From Octopus sinensis (taxonomy: Eukaryota): a DNA stretch of 64,000 nt. Made by a program: the position numbers and the translations under genes. Shown here piece by piece: positions 38,403-51,440 of this stretch. The DNA is taken from the NCBI RefSeq assembly GCF_006345805.1, contig NC_043003.1:22692001-22756000 (forward strand). The letters are read 5' to 3'. Below the pieces are notes generated by a model. That model ran no database searches. It saw only the letters and a program-made list of their open reading frames with translations, and was not told the DNA's origin. Each line of letters begins with the position of its first letter. The first letter of the stretch is position 1.

Positions 38403-39949
38403 AAAAATATTTAAGGGTTAATGAAATTTAAGGGTTAATGAAATATAGATTCTAAACACTACTTTTTTTTTCACTCGATTAAGGATTTATACGTTTGGCA
38501 ACGTGCAATGTGAAACTGTGAAACTTAGGCATTTATTCAAGTGAAATTTTAGTCACGTACTAATTGCACTTGGATATTGTCTCTTAGTTCAAACAATTCA
38601 CTACTTTTAAATATTAATGTATACCACATCAAGTAATTTAAAAAAAAAATCTTAAGCAGAAATTTTTAACCAACTATATTCGTCATATTTTCAGGTTATA
38701 GCTCAGATAGAAGTGTCTGTATTCTTTGGAGATGCTTCAGTAACACGTTCTTTTTCACACAATCAAATATTCGAATCCATCTTACACAAATAAATTTTTA
38801 AAAATGGCAGCATTGGATTAAATATTAAAATTCTACAATGCAATTGCTTAAATGAGATTTAAAATTTTACTCTAAAGAAATCGCCTGTAATTGTTGTGAA
38901 GTTTTTTTATACTCAATCACTAAGCTCTTTATTTTCTTAATTATAAAAGAACAGCATTAAATCTTTTATATCAACAAGATGTCACACGTAAGAGCATTAA
39001 GGCTTTGACGACATTTATTCTATATTCAGGTCTCCTGTGGTGTACGAGCTCCTTTATTTAATAGAAGAAAAAGGTCATGGCAGGAAAATAGCGACAAGCA
39101 AAATTGTTATTTAAATAAATTCTATTTTTCATCAGAAATAAGAACTAAAATATTTCTTCAAAATAATTTTTTTCAGAATTCTAAACCCCCAAGTAGAAAA
39201 ATTTCATAATGTATGATATCAACGAAATAAACACTATTAAACATTCTTCTGTTAAGAAAAGAACTGAAGATAAAGGTTCGCCTGGCATATTTTACTAGGC
39301 AACGTATAATGAAGTTTGTGGCTGGTTAAATTAAAACATGTAAATGTCTACAGAAGAATGTTAAAAGGTAATAAAATATTGACATTGCTATTATATAAGG
39401 CAGGCAATAAGGTCATTGTGCTTAATAAATATATAAGCTAGGCTCTTAAAATAAATCACACATTATACACGTTGAACAGGCGTGGAAGTAAAATATACAG
39501 ACAGTAAACAATCAGGATGAAGAAAACCTTTGAGTATTTTCTGTTCTATTTTTCAGTTCCAAAGTGAATATCTTCATCTTCGACTCTACTGAGAGCTAAC
39601 CAAGTATTCATAAGTTACACAATACTGCTTGCTGCCAACTCAGCTAGAATGCACCAACATATGGAACCAATCTGTGGTTTGAGGTTATGAGTCAATGCAT
39701 ATCAAATGCTTTGGCGTAGAACAAAAACAGCATTAGTAAGGAGACAAACTGTAACCCTTTAAATCAGTAGTTCGATATCCACTCGATTTAGCCACACGAT
39801 AAGCTATATCGAAACTAAAAGCAAAAATAATATTTACCTTTAAAGATGAAACCAAAACCGTTCAAGATTTTAGCTGATACTACAGTCAAGTTACTCATTA
39901 AATATATAATGAATATTCCCATCCTTATAGTGAAGGGTCCGGGGATCAA

Positions 39950-40560
39950 AATACAAGCATCATTCTTCACATCCATTCGCATCGTCATCAGACTCTCTTT
40001 GAGATAAATAGGGTCAGTGAGCTCCTGACTTCTCCTCCAACCCAGTTTACTGTCATGATAGATTTCTTCGCCTCTTTTCAGGAATTCACAGGCAGCGATG
40101 GTTTGTGCTAGTTGTTCTAGACTGTTTGCCTTCTAAGGATATCAAAGCCAAACCACTCGCCTAGATATCGCACCGGTGTAGCTATGTACATAGAATTGTC
40201 CTCATTTTGCGTCATGCTTTAACAAAAGCCAAGATGTGCTTTACACCTAGTGCTCTTACAGAACACCATGTATTAAATTGGAATTTCTAAAGCTCTCTCT
40301 TATTGAAAAGTAGTCGTTGACCTTATGTTAGGTACATCTGTCATTTTTGTCCTGTCGGGTTTCCAACAATCAGGCTGACCATGCAAGCCTGATCAGTGTG
40401 AGCCGGTTTAACTGCCGATGAGCCGACCTCGCAACAGGTTGTAACGGACAGGATGTTACTAGATCTTTGAAAATTGGATCCAGTTTGTCTCATTTCCAAA
40501 ATAGACAACACCTTACACTTTGTCAACTATCGCCCTTATGCACTCACTACACATCCATCT
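39950..40560 (-). pseudogene. Possible highly decayed non-LTR reverse transcriptase fragment
   Basis: Minus-strand PVRYLGEWFGFD (about 40140-40180) resembles the RT YLG motif; the surrounding frames are broken. Confidence 0.3.
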
Positions 40561-40808
40561 AATAGCTAACGAGACTCGGCCTTTCTTAATTTCGTTTACC
40601 GGATGCAAACCGGTGTTTTAGCATGATTGTTGTTGTTTCTGCCGCCATCTTGGTCACCTTTGACCAAACAGAACTATGATCAAAACATCCTAGCCGTGAC
40701 CATAGAATCTTTTATCCAGAGTGCATTCCAACATCACAAAATCTTTATTTGGTCTTTTCTTATGACAGTAGAATGGAGAGATTTGAAGGAGATTTAATAG
40801 CTGTTTCA

Positions 40809-41205
40809 AGGTGCAGGAGTGACTGCGTGGTAAGTAGCTTGCTTACCAACCACATGGTTCTGGGTTCAGTCCCACACCGTGATGCCTTGGGCAACTGTCT
40901 TCTACTATAGCCTCGGGCCGACCAAAACCTTGTGAGTGGATTTCGTAGACGGAAACTGAAAGAACCCCGTCGTATATGTATATATGTGTGTGTGTATATG
41001 TTTGTGTGTCTGTGTTTGTCCACCCAACATCGCTTGACAACTGATGCTGGTGTGTTTACGTCCCCGTAACTTAGCGGTTCGGCAAGACACATCGATAGAA
41101 TAAGTACTAGGCTTACAAAGAATAAGCCCTGGGGTCGATTTGTTTGCTCGACTAAAGGCTGTGCTCCAGCATGGCCGCAGTCAAATGAATGAAACAAGTA
41201 AAAGA
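40809..41205 (+). mobile_element. SINE family A
   Basis: Full body. Confidence 0.85.
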
Positions 41206-41357
41206 TTACGTCGAGCAGCAACTTAGATGCTCCTCCGTTGACCTCTAATTGGCGTTATTTCTGATGGTGGCGATGGCGGTTGGTTGTGGTGGTGGTGGTG
41301 GTAATGGAGATGATGGTGGTATTAAAGAAACTTAAATGATTACGATGACAGTTTTAG

Positions 41358-41422
41358 GGAAGAATGATGAGGTGGAGACGGAATACCTAGCGGAGGCGTT
41401 GTTACTGATTAAGGAGAAAGAG
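41358..41422 (+). CDS. Candidate small exon (KNDEVETEYLAEALLLIKEKE)
   Basis: ttttag acceptor and a consensus GAG|gtaagt donor around an open frame. Confidence 0.2.
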
Positions 41423-41504
41423 GTAAGTGCGAACTGCAAGCAATGAAACAGGAAATCGTTTGTAATGTTATTTCCGCTCGCCAGAGAAACTGCTTCGAGA
41501 AATA

Positions 41505-41537
41505 ATGACACCACCAACACCACTACTACTGCTACTG

Positions 41538-41589
<52 letters not shown>

Positions 41590-41638
41590 CACTACTACTA
41601 TACTACTACTACTGCAGCTACCACCACCACCACCACCA

Positions 41639-41681
<43 letters not shown>

Positions 41682-41965
41682 CGCAACCACCACCACCACC
41701 ACCACCACCACCACTACTACTACTACTACAGCTACCATCACCCCCACCACCACTACTACTACACCACCCCGCAACAACAACAACAACAACAACAACTACT
41801 ACTACTACTAACGACAATGAAGAACCTATTTCATTGCTCAATGTAAACGATACGCAACAGCGTGGCTAAGGATATTCAAATGTAACATCCATTATTTGCA
41901 AAATGATAATAACAATAATGAAGATAATGACTAAACATTAAAACCATCACCACTACAACAACATC

Positions 41966-42023
<58 letters not shown>

Positions 42024-42040
42024 GCAACAATAATAATAAT
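41505..42040. repeat. Compound trinucleotide array (ACT/ACC/AAC/AAT)
   Basis: Direct inspection. Confidence 0.95.
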
Positions 42041-42546
42041 GTGAATGGTGTAGCAGTAGGACTAAGGATATTGAAATGTAACAGTCATTACTTCAAACAC
42101 TTTTCGCCCTTTGAAGAAAGACGTGCTCTTATTACTTAGATAATACGTTTTAGGTTATTTCCTATTTTAAATTGCTCTCCAACAACTCCACATCATGTAA
42201 TTGGCAATTTAAACAGTCAATTCTACAAGACAATTCCTTAATTGGTGCCAGTTTATAAAGATTCAGTAAGATTTGATTGTGAATGTGCACTTGTTTAATC
42301 GTATCTCTTATAAAGTCTTTTCTGAAAATTTATTTATTTATTCATTTAATAGAACCTTCTGTTAAATGCCGAAATGTGAATGGGATTTAGAGAGAGAGAG
42401 AGAGAGATTATCTATATTTTGCAGCTGCTATATTATTACTATAACAACTTAGTGTCTTCAGACTATTAAGCTTAGCACTTTTGTGTTGTTTTTCTGCTAC
42501 ACATCATGGTGAAAAGAAGCAGCAGTCCGTGTGTGTGTGCACGCGC

Positions 42547-42636
<90 letters not shown>

Positions 42637-42637
<1 letters not shown>

Positions 42638-43084
42638 ATGGCACGTATGAATGACGAAGCCACCTTGACTATGATTCTATGAACCGTAAAAATTAATACA
42701 GAGAGTTGCTTATTTGCAAAAAAAAAAAAAAAAAAGAAATATAACATGTGACTTCATTGACCGAGGTTACCGTGGTCTTTTCCGTAGGCTTTTCTTTCCA
42801 CGGGTAAACCTCACCTGTCCTCCCCTTTACACTTCATATTGACATTTCTGTGATAACGATCCCTATTGATCAATTTTTTTCCTCTCCCCCTTTTTTTTAA
42901 CCCCCCCCTTTTTTTTGTCCTCTTTCTCTCCTTTTACGATCCCTTTTGATCGACCCCCCCTTTTTTATTTTATTTTTATTTTATTTTTTTATTTTATTTT
43001 TTTATTTTTAAACCTTCAAAAGAAAAGCTCTACCTTGTAATTTGTTCTATCTGTGTGCAGCCCTGTGTGGCTAATAAAGAAACA
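42637..43084 (+). mobile_element. Second, more 5'-truncated copy of the same Tx1-like LINE in (TATC)n
   Basis: Highly similar to about 62311-62751; flanked by (TATC)n at 42547-42636 and from 43085. Confidence 0.8.
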
Positions 43085-43193
43085 TATCTATCTATCTATC
43101 TAAATGTCTGTCTATCAGTCTGTCCGTCCACATGACTGCTCCCCGCTCTCTCCCCCTTCTACCCCTCTCTCTCTCTGTATATATATATAATAT

Positions 43194-43248
<55 letters not shown>

Positions 43249-43953
43249 GTATACACGCACACACATGTAAGCGCGAATGGAAAAAATAATTTATGAAAAC
43301 ACTTCTATCCGTGTCTTTTAACACTCAACTCATTTCCTTAAGCTGCTAAATGAGGCCAAAATCTCCTACGAATACCATGCCACGTGTCTCGTAGAGCGGA
43401 CAGCTGTAACACTCCTATACCAGAGAGACTAGCTGCGTTTGGACTCCGGAAAAAGAAGCTTTTATCATAGAAGCGAGAAAGAAAAATTTGTTTGCTTGCA
43501 TCGCTTTTGTAGCACAGAGACATTTGAGAATACAGATTTCTTTTTATTTCTATAAATTTGCTTTCTAATCGAGCATTTTCGAGGGTGATTTACTTAAAAC
43601 ATAGCAATATAAAATATAGTATCAATAAGAAAAGACTCGCTCAACATTTTATCAAATTAACAGTTAAAACCGACGTCATCAAGTATCGCAGAGTTTATTA
43701 GAAATTAAGTAAGCGATGAACAGAAGAAATTTTTCTGAAAACCAAAATGGGCAGTGAGTAGAAAGTATCGTCCTTTAATTCCTAGGTATTATGTCCAGTC
43801 CGTTGCACTGTAATACTGTGGAACTTACCAAAACAATTTTAATCAGCTCAGTTTCTTTGTTAAAATTATCAAGAGTTAAGATAAAAACAATTATCAAATC
43901 TTCAAAGAAATGTTTGAGATTACTGCAGTAGTAGTCGCCAAGTACAGAATGCT

Positions 43954-44039
<86 letters not shown>

Positions 44040-44315
44040 ATATATATAAAACTTATAACACGTACGTGTATACATATATGCGCGCGCACACACACTCACC
44101 CTTTTGCTGTGTTGTGCGCTCTCTCTCTCTTTCACACTCTCTTTTCCTATCTCTACACATATATGTGTGTGTTGCGTGCATGCGTGCGTGGAGAGCAGTT
44201 TCATGTTTAGAGGCAAAGTAACGGATTTTGGTGTACGTACATACATGCATACATACATATATGCATACACACACACATTTATATACATATATACACACAA
44301 AGACGTATACATATG

Positions 44316-44350
<35 letters not shown>

Positions 44351-44400
44351 GCATACACACACAAGCACAGACACATACATGTATATATATCTTTGTGTCT

Positions 44401-44545
44401 GTGTGTATTGGATTAGAGAGCTCGGGGGAACTTTAGCACTTGGTGAATGCGCGCATGGGGTGATGGAGCAAGAAGGCGGGAGAAAAATTTTCAGAGACGT
44501 TTTCTTCCTTTGTAAGCATAATAGAAGCACACAGAATTTTCTGCC

Positions 44546-44611
<66 letters not shown>

Positions 44612-44749
44612 TGAATTTACCGCCTGTTTTGTTTCCAAACTTCACACTGCTTACAAACAACAAAACATTTTTGAAATTCTTTTTCTCCATCTCTCTTGCA
44701 CATCCGCCAAGTGTGAAAATTCCTCCAAGCACTCCAGTCTAACACATTC
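44401..44749. repeat. Old diverged inverted repeat around a (TA)n(TG)n spacer
   Basis: 44401-44518 aligns with the reverse complement of 44648-44749 (gagctcgggggaactttagcacttgg vs gagtgcttggaggaattttcacacttgg). Confidence 0.6.
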
Positions 44750-45060
44750 CTGGTTACGTACAAACACGCTCACACACACACACGCACACACGCAAATCCA
44801 CACGCATATACATATATCATTCATATATATTATGTCTTTTTGTATCACAGAACTTGCAGCTGGTCTGTTTACTCCCTTCTAAATGTATCTTTACTAACAA
44901 AATTCTACTACACCTAACAACATAAGTAACAGGACGCCAGAAGAAGCTCCCTTAATTATTAAACTATGGCAAGTCCTGCCTACATTTAATTGTAATTTTT
45001 TCACACAATAAAACTACTCAGAATTTCTCCTTTATTCCATTTACCTTTCAACTATGAATA

Positions 45061-45152
45061 TAAGACACTTGCCCAAGGTGCCACGCAGTGGGACTGAACC
45101 CCGAACCATGTGGTTGGTAAGCAAGCTACTTACCACACAGCCACTCCTACGC
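45061..45152 (-). mobile_element. SINE family A, 5' head fragment
   Basis: agacacttgcccaagg...cacacagccactcct. Confidence 0.8.
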
Positions 45153-45187
45153 ATATATATATATATATATATAATATATATATATAT

Positions 45188-45353
45188 AGACACCATGATA
45201 GATCGTTAGCCACTACACACATGTTTTTTCTCTGCCCCTTTCTGTAGAAAACCGTAGGCTCGAAACGTAAAAAACTGAGCGTTATACTAATACATCTGTT
45301 TGTTTTGTACACCACCTGTCTTCGGCTTTTGGTTTTTTTCTTAAACTCTCCCT
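45188..45353 (+). mobile_element. Solo Penelope pLTR copy, internally deleted, with a damaged hammerhead motif (45242-45270)
   Basis: Same family as 15369-15577; CTGTAGA-aaaccgtaggctc-GAAACGTA with stem II disrupted; (TA)n on both flanks. Confidence 0.7.
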
Positions 45354-45936
45354 ATATATAGGTATTTATACACACACAGAAATATGCGTATGTCCAAGTG
45401 TGTATATATATATATATATATATATGGTAATTTATCAGGAATATAATATTAATGCAACGACTTAGTATTCAGAACAGCGAACATTTCTTGACAGATAAAT
45501 CTGACAACCTAAATTGGACACCGTGTTTGTTTTTCTTCTGTCAGTAAATATTAATATAATCAATTCGTAATATTAATTAATAACATTAATAATATCAATA
45601 TCTTAGATAGACAAAAGGTCATACATGTTGAAAGATAGCACAGTCATTTGCATCGACTCTAGTACTTGAGCGGCATTTATTTTATTCCCACCAGACAGAT
45701 AAAAAGCGAAGTCTATCATATCGGTTCTGATTTAAACTTAAAATTTAAAGGGAAGTTGCTTTGTTCTTTTCTTTGTCTGGTGCTCTGCCGAATCTGACGT
45801 CCAACGCGTTTCGTTGATTACAATAATATTAATAGGAATAAATTTTCAGAGACGTGAGCTATAAGATATTGTGAGAGTATAGACTAGCTTTGTCCTCTAC
45901 ATGTTGCCAATTCTCTATGGTAGTCATTTCAATTTT

Positions 45937-46159
45937 CATTTTTTGCCTAATGAGATAAAAAAACCAAGGCTGTATAGATATTAGAGCATTTATAGATAGA
46001 AGGTCTTACAGCTGTTTCTAGGATATTAATTAATAATATCCCTTCATCGGAGACGGTGGGATATTATTAATTAATATCCTAGAAACAGCTGTAAGACCTA
46101 TCCATAAATGCTCTAATATCTATACAGCCTTGGTTTTTTATCTCATTACGCAAAAAATG
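45937..46159. repeat. Near-perfect palindrome (arms about 105 bp, 15-nt loop), probably an inverted Penelope pLTR junction
   Basis: 45937-46042 is the reverse complement of 46058-46159 with few differences; loop ttcatcggagacggt. Confidence 0.9.
46003..46054 (-). ncRNA. Minimal type I hammerhead ribozyme-like motif (core CCGAUGA)
   Basis: Minus strand reads gtct-CCGATGA-a-gggatatt attaatt aatatcct a-GAAAC-AGCT-GTA-agac: 4-bp stem I, 8-bp stem II, palindromic tetraloop III, GUA cleavage triplet. Confidence 0.65.
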
Positions 46160-47024
46160 CTTATATACACACGCTGACATAGAACCAACGTTGAACCCTT
46201 TATTCGCAATATTACCGAATCTGGAACTTAACTATGGATTGTCTATAGCACTTGTTCAGCATTGCCTGATACCTTTGGGTCTCAATGACACCATTATCTC
46301 TTATAAAAGGATCGTATATATTTTCCTCTATATATTGTAATCATAAGGTTATCTTTTGTGCATATTTATTCTGTGGAGTCGGCGTGAATTCGTTGGATCA
46401 TTAGATTATCACTGAATTCATAATCTTGTTGTAGAATTCTTAGGATGGCTTACACTAATCCACTATTACCAAAACAATATTCAAAATAGAATATAAATTT
46501 GGTGCTTCAAAACTAACGAAACAGTTTGGCGCGAAACATACGTGTAGCGTTTGGAGGGGTGCCTATTTACGTTTAGGTAGACTGAGCTTTCGACCGTGGG
46601 TACATTATGAAAGAGACTGGAGAAAACTCCGTCGTTAACTGTTATGCTACCAAATCATTAAGCTGCAATGGTTACATATTGGTACACAGTAATAGAAATC
46701 AGCCTCTTTAAACTGGTATAAATATGAATATTCTTTGTAAGTTGACTTCATCGCAGGAGTACTGAAAAGAAAAACCCAAATAAACTAATCACCGAATTCT
46801 GGTCTATATTTCTGACTCCAAATTAGATTTGAATTAGGCTACCTGTCTTAAATATCGCCTCTAATGATAGAAATACACATTATTTTGCCACGGACATCAT
46901 ATTTCGACAGCGTATATTCATAATTTTGATTATTATGTGCCAATGGAACTCAAGCTCTTGATAGGGCCTCCCGTACTAAACAAATCAAAGGACTACCTGT
47001 TATTAGAGGAAGAAATGTGTAGGG

Positions 47025-47216
47025 TTAATAAGCATCGATGACAATTCAAAAACCAACAAGACCTGAGAGAGGAAAGCCTTTCCTCAAGGTGCAGGAAAAT
47101 CAGTGATAAGGAAGCAAGATCTAACTGAAGAGAAGCAGAAAAGATAGCCTGGAATCGATAAGAAGGGAACAAACTAGTCGATGGCTTATGCTGCATAAGG
47201 AGCGAAGAGCTTAAGA
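47025..47216 (+). mobile_element. Second RTE-derived fragment
   Basis: Shares aagcatcgatgacaattcaaa.ccaacaagac.tgaga with 28914-28952, and has a similar 3' end (gatggcttatgc...gcttaag). Confidence 0.5.
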
Positions 47217-48274
47217 TATTTCTAGAAGATCTTATTCTGTTCTAAATCTGAAGTATCTCTTCATATCAGATCTAAGTGAAACACTTAATAAAACTTATAT
47301 GAGAGTCACTATGTTGACTTCTAGAGTTTAAAATTTAGTGGACTGTAGTATTCAATATTACGTGTATCAGGAATATTTACAACGTACAACCAGTGACAAA
47401 ATACGAACCATTGTAATATTCAAAGATTGATTTTATCTTCTCGGCCAGTCATCACTTTTACTTTCCTACAATTAGTAAGCTATACATTTCGGGGTGACAA
47501 AGGTCGTCTCCCTCTACAAGCTACATCGTTCATAATCAAGCTGGCCATTCATTGAAAATTAAAATAGAATGGTCTTTTGAACTTGAAGAAAAAATAAAGC
47601 AAAATGTACGCTAGAGACTTAAAAATAATGTTACGAAAATAAAGTAAATATGAAAAGAGAAATAATTAAATAAAAACAGAAAAAAGACACGAATAAGACT
47701 TCAATTGAATTTTGAAATGGCAGAATGATGAAGAATACAGAAGAACAGCCTCTTGGCATCTCAAAAAAGGAGATAACACAGCTGAGAAATTTTAATTAAT
47801 AATAATTGTGAAACTATTCTAAAGTCATGAGACAAAAGCAAAAATGAAAAAGCGAAGAAAAAAAAGAAAAGAAAAATCACTAAGTTATTTAAAAGTTTTT
47901 TCGTCTACAATAGATTTTTTTTTTTACTTAAGTATAATCTAATTTTCATCGTGTAGTGGAAATAAAAAGAAACGAACGTTGAAATAACTTTTTTAGTTGG
48001 CGGTTGAATGATTTTCTCTATCAACTTTTCCATTAAGTTTTAAAATGAAAAAAAAAGAGAAAATAACTAAAAAAAATCGTAACAAACCGTTGGAACGTTG
48101 TATATTTTAATGGTTTCAGATATAGACACAAGGCCAATAATATAGAGGGGAAGGGACGTAATCGAGACAATTGACCCCTGATATATTATGTTATCGACTT
48201 CGAAAGGATGAAAGGCAAAATCGACCAAGGTGAGACTTGAACTCAGAAAGTAATATATGTGTGTATGTGAGAGT

Positions 48275-48483
48275 TATATCGGCACAACAGGAATGTCTCT
48301 CAGACGTAGATCAACACTACACAGACAACAAATCTACCAGCCCTAATACCGCCAAATACCACTCAGTAGTCACATAGACATGTGCTATGGAACGCCAAGC
48401 ACAATTCACAACGTTCCCACTAAATAAATAAAGAGGCAACATTTATTGCAAAATACAAACCAGAACTTAACATGAATATATAA
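48275..48483 (+). pseudogene. Second, decayed Penelope GIY-YIG endonuclease C-terminus
   Basis: YIGTTGMSLRRRSTLHRQQI..*YRQIPLSSHIDMC ... (frameshift) TFIAKYKPELN; the sequence differs from the 32587 element. Confidence 0.7.
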
Positions 48484-48959
48484 TGGACTTCACATATAAA
48501 AATCCAACCAGAAAAAAAAGAAAAACAGATTTACTTCCTTTCAGATAAGAAATATTAATTCCACTAACTATCCTTTTAGTTAAAAAGAAACATATTCAAC
48601 GCTTATCCCCCTTGAGCTACACTCTCCAGTACAACTGCAAAAACTGTATCATATCTGATTCTACGCAAGATTAAATCAAAAACGTATGGTATCGTAACAT
48701 TGAGTCATGATTAAGGAAGCAAAACCAGTCGACTTTGTACATATTGTAATGGATTAAAAGATCTTTATCCACACAAACAAGATTTCTGTGCTTTTCACCT
48801 TAATTCTTATTTTATTTTTACCACAACGTGGAATATCCCCACGAATTTTTCACTCACACACACATACACACACACACACACAGACACAGACATAAACACA
48901 CACAGACACAAACACACACACACAAACACACACACACATACACACACACACACACACAC

Positions 48960-49011
<52 letters not shown>

Positions 49012-50620
49012 TTATGTTTGCGAACCGAGTAGAAAAGGCTTTCTTGAAGAGATTTAATAGGACCAAAATTCCATTGCTTTCACTAATTCGCTTTAAATCT
49101 CACATCTACTCCTATCATGTCTGCATTGTTAATAAATTCAAAATAATTTAACTGGAGTTGTTTCTCTTGCTTGTAGTTTTTTTTATAGATTTTTGAACAC
49201 ATTTAGAAGGAAATTAAATTTATATTTAATATTCAAAACATATCTTTGAGATAGTTACCTTTCATCCATAATGTACGTTACAAAGCAAGGTGGGATCTTA
49301 GTATAACAATGCTATTTATTATAGAAGTCTGTTGTTCCAGAATGATTTGGCTGTTAACCCAAATAGATGAAATAATAATCTTGAGACTTTCACAGTGACA
49401 TCCATACATCTTAGTTAATATCACTGACATAAGTCAATTCATAGATTTTGACACAGCCAGTCATGAGTATCTTGACGGTTGGCGTGACGTTGTCCTAGAT
49501 TATATTTATGGAATGCTGGCTTATTTGAGAATAAAAGCAGCCTTTGTTTTTTTTTTTTCATAAAAAATCCAGTCAAAAATTAACGCTGAATGGAATTCCT
49601 AACAAGCGTTTGCGTCTTAATAGACACCTTTATCTTATACGCTTCACTGATTCTCTATAAAGACGAGAGACTGAATAAATGAAGTAGGCACCGTAAGCAA
49701 TTATTTTTTTCATGATCTATTAACTGCAGATCTATTTAACAAGCTGTAAGTTTCTATATACTTACAAATTGGCAAGCTTTAAAGTAGAATAATCAGAAGG
49801 AACTATTCGAATATTTAAAGCTATGTTTTATAATGGAAATAAAGCAAGAGAGATAAATGTCGTAGGAGATTACATATTTGAAGTGAAAATAAGCGAAAGG
49901 AATCTTATGATCGATATTATTATGTCACTGTAATGTAGGTCGAATAAGCTATTGAAGCCGTTTGTCAATTATAATGCTACTGCTATTCAAATGGCGAATC
50001 ACCTTGTATATGTAACTTCTTTATTACTCTGAGGTGGTCTGGGCAATGATATCGTTCTCTTTACCGTATACGGAGATTGACATTTACGACGCTTATAATG
50101 ACATAGTATCGTCCATAGAATCTATTAGATTAAACCAGATATGTTGTCCTTGGAATAATAACCTCAATTAAAACTTGCATTCCAAAAGGTCGAGGTGAGG
50201 AATTATCGTTATTATATAATCATCTTTCTTTTCCTCTACGACGTCCTAAGTACTGGACGTCTTCTATCTCTCTCTTCTCTCTTTTCTCTTTTCAAAGAAA
50301 ATATTTCTCCCATCGTTCACTATTTTACCCTTGTTTTCGTTCGGTTTCCTTGTGTGTCTCCACTGTCCTGTTTTGTTCCTAACTTTGACTCTCCATAAAC
50401 CTAAAATTTTATTTTGGTATTTATGGAAGCAACTGTCTCCGAAGACTCATGTCGTTGAATGCTCGAAATGAGAAGTAGATATACACCCGACAACTGATGA
50501 AGGGTTGTTCTTTCGGTTACCTGTCCTGTTTTCCATTTTTTCTGCTCACGTTTACGTATTTAACTCATTTGTTTTCGTAGTTTATGTTGTTTACTGTTGG
50601 TAATGTCCTGTACCCATGTA

Positions 50621-50669
<49 letters not shown>

Positions 50670-51058
50670 GTCTATATACATATATATATATTTATCTATA
50701 CGTATATACACGTCTATATATATATATATATATATATTTATATGTATATGTATGTATGTATGTATGTATGTATGCATGTGTATGTGTATATATGTGTGTA
50801 GCGTGTTCGTGAGTGTGTGTGTTTGTGTATGTAACTATTATGTGCGTTGAGCAACTTAACATTTGTGTGAGTCTCACAGCTTGACAACTGAAGTTCGGTA
50901 CAAAAGGAGCCAACAGAATAAGCATTGGGGTCGATCCGATCGACTAATCCCCTCCTTTTCAAGGCAGTGCCTTAGCACAGCCGCTATCCAATGATATAAA
51001 CATATACTGAACTAAAATTATTCGAATCCTTATAAACCATTTAAAATACGGACACAAA

Positions 51059-51440
51059 TCTCTCTCTATATAAACGGCAGTTTGTCTGTGCGTTTTCTGT
51101 GTGTCTGTTTTCTCGTACCCTCACTCTGACCACGGCTTTCAACCGATTCTGATGAAACTTGACACACACATAGCCCAATGTCATAATTCAAAACTAACGC
51201 AGCGAAAATTTTGAAAAGTTCCCCAAGTTCTGAAAAAAATCGATAAATTCGACATGGGGTCGAGAATCAGAAACCCAAACCACAGACCGTCTAGGGGACG
51301 CAACTCCACCTTTTTTTAACTAAAAAAAAATTTACCATCATTTTTTTCCATTATTTTGCTATTTTTTGGCTATAACTCTCTAAAAATGCTTTATAGTTAT
51401 TTTCCTTACAAACCTGAGCAACGCCGGGCGATACTGCTAG
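51059..51440 (+). mobile_element. Non-autonomous Helitron, different 5' part, same 3' end
   Basis: A|TC start and CTAG|T end; the last ~60 bp are nearly identical to 24415-24474. Confidence 0.8.

Noticed and set aside
40760-41221. Recurring ORFs such as FDCGHAGAPP and PRCHAVGLNPEPCG
   Set aside because: Translations of SINE A copies; no coding signal.
41332-41869. Long poly-V/T/L/P/H/Y ORFs on both strands
   Set aside because: Trinucleotide microsatellite array, not protein.
44414-44511. Apparent plus-strand exon with a gtaagc donor
   Set aside because: It is one arm of an inverted repeat (44401-44749).
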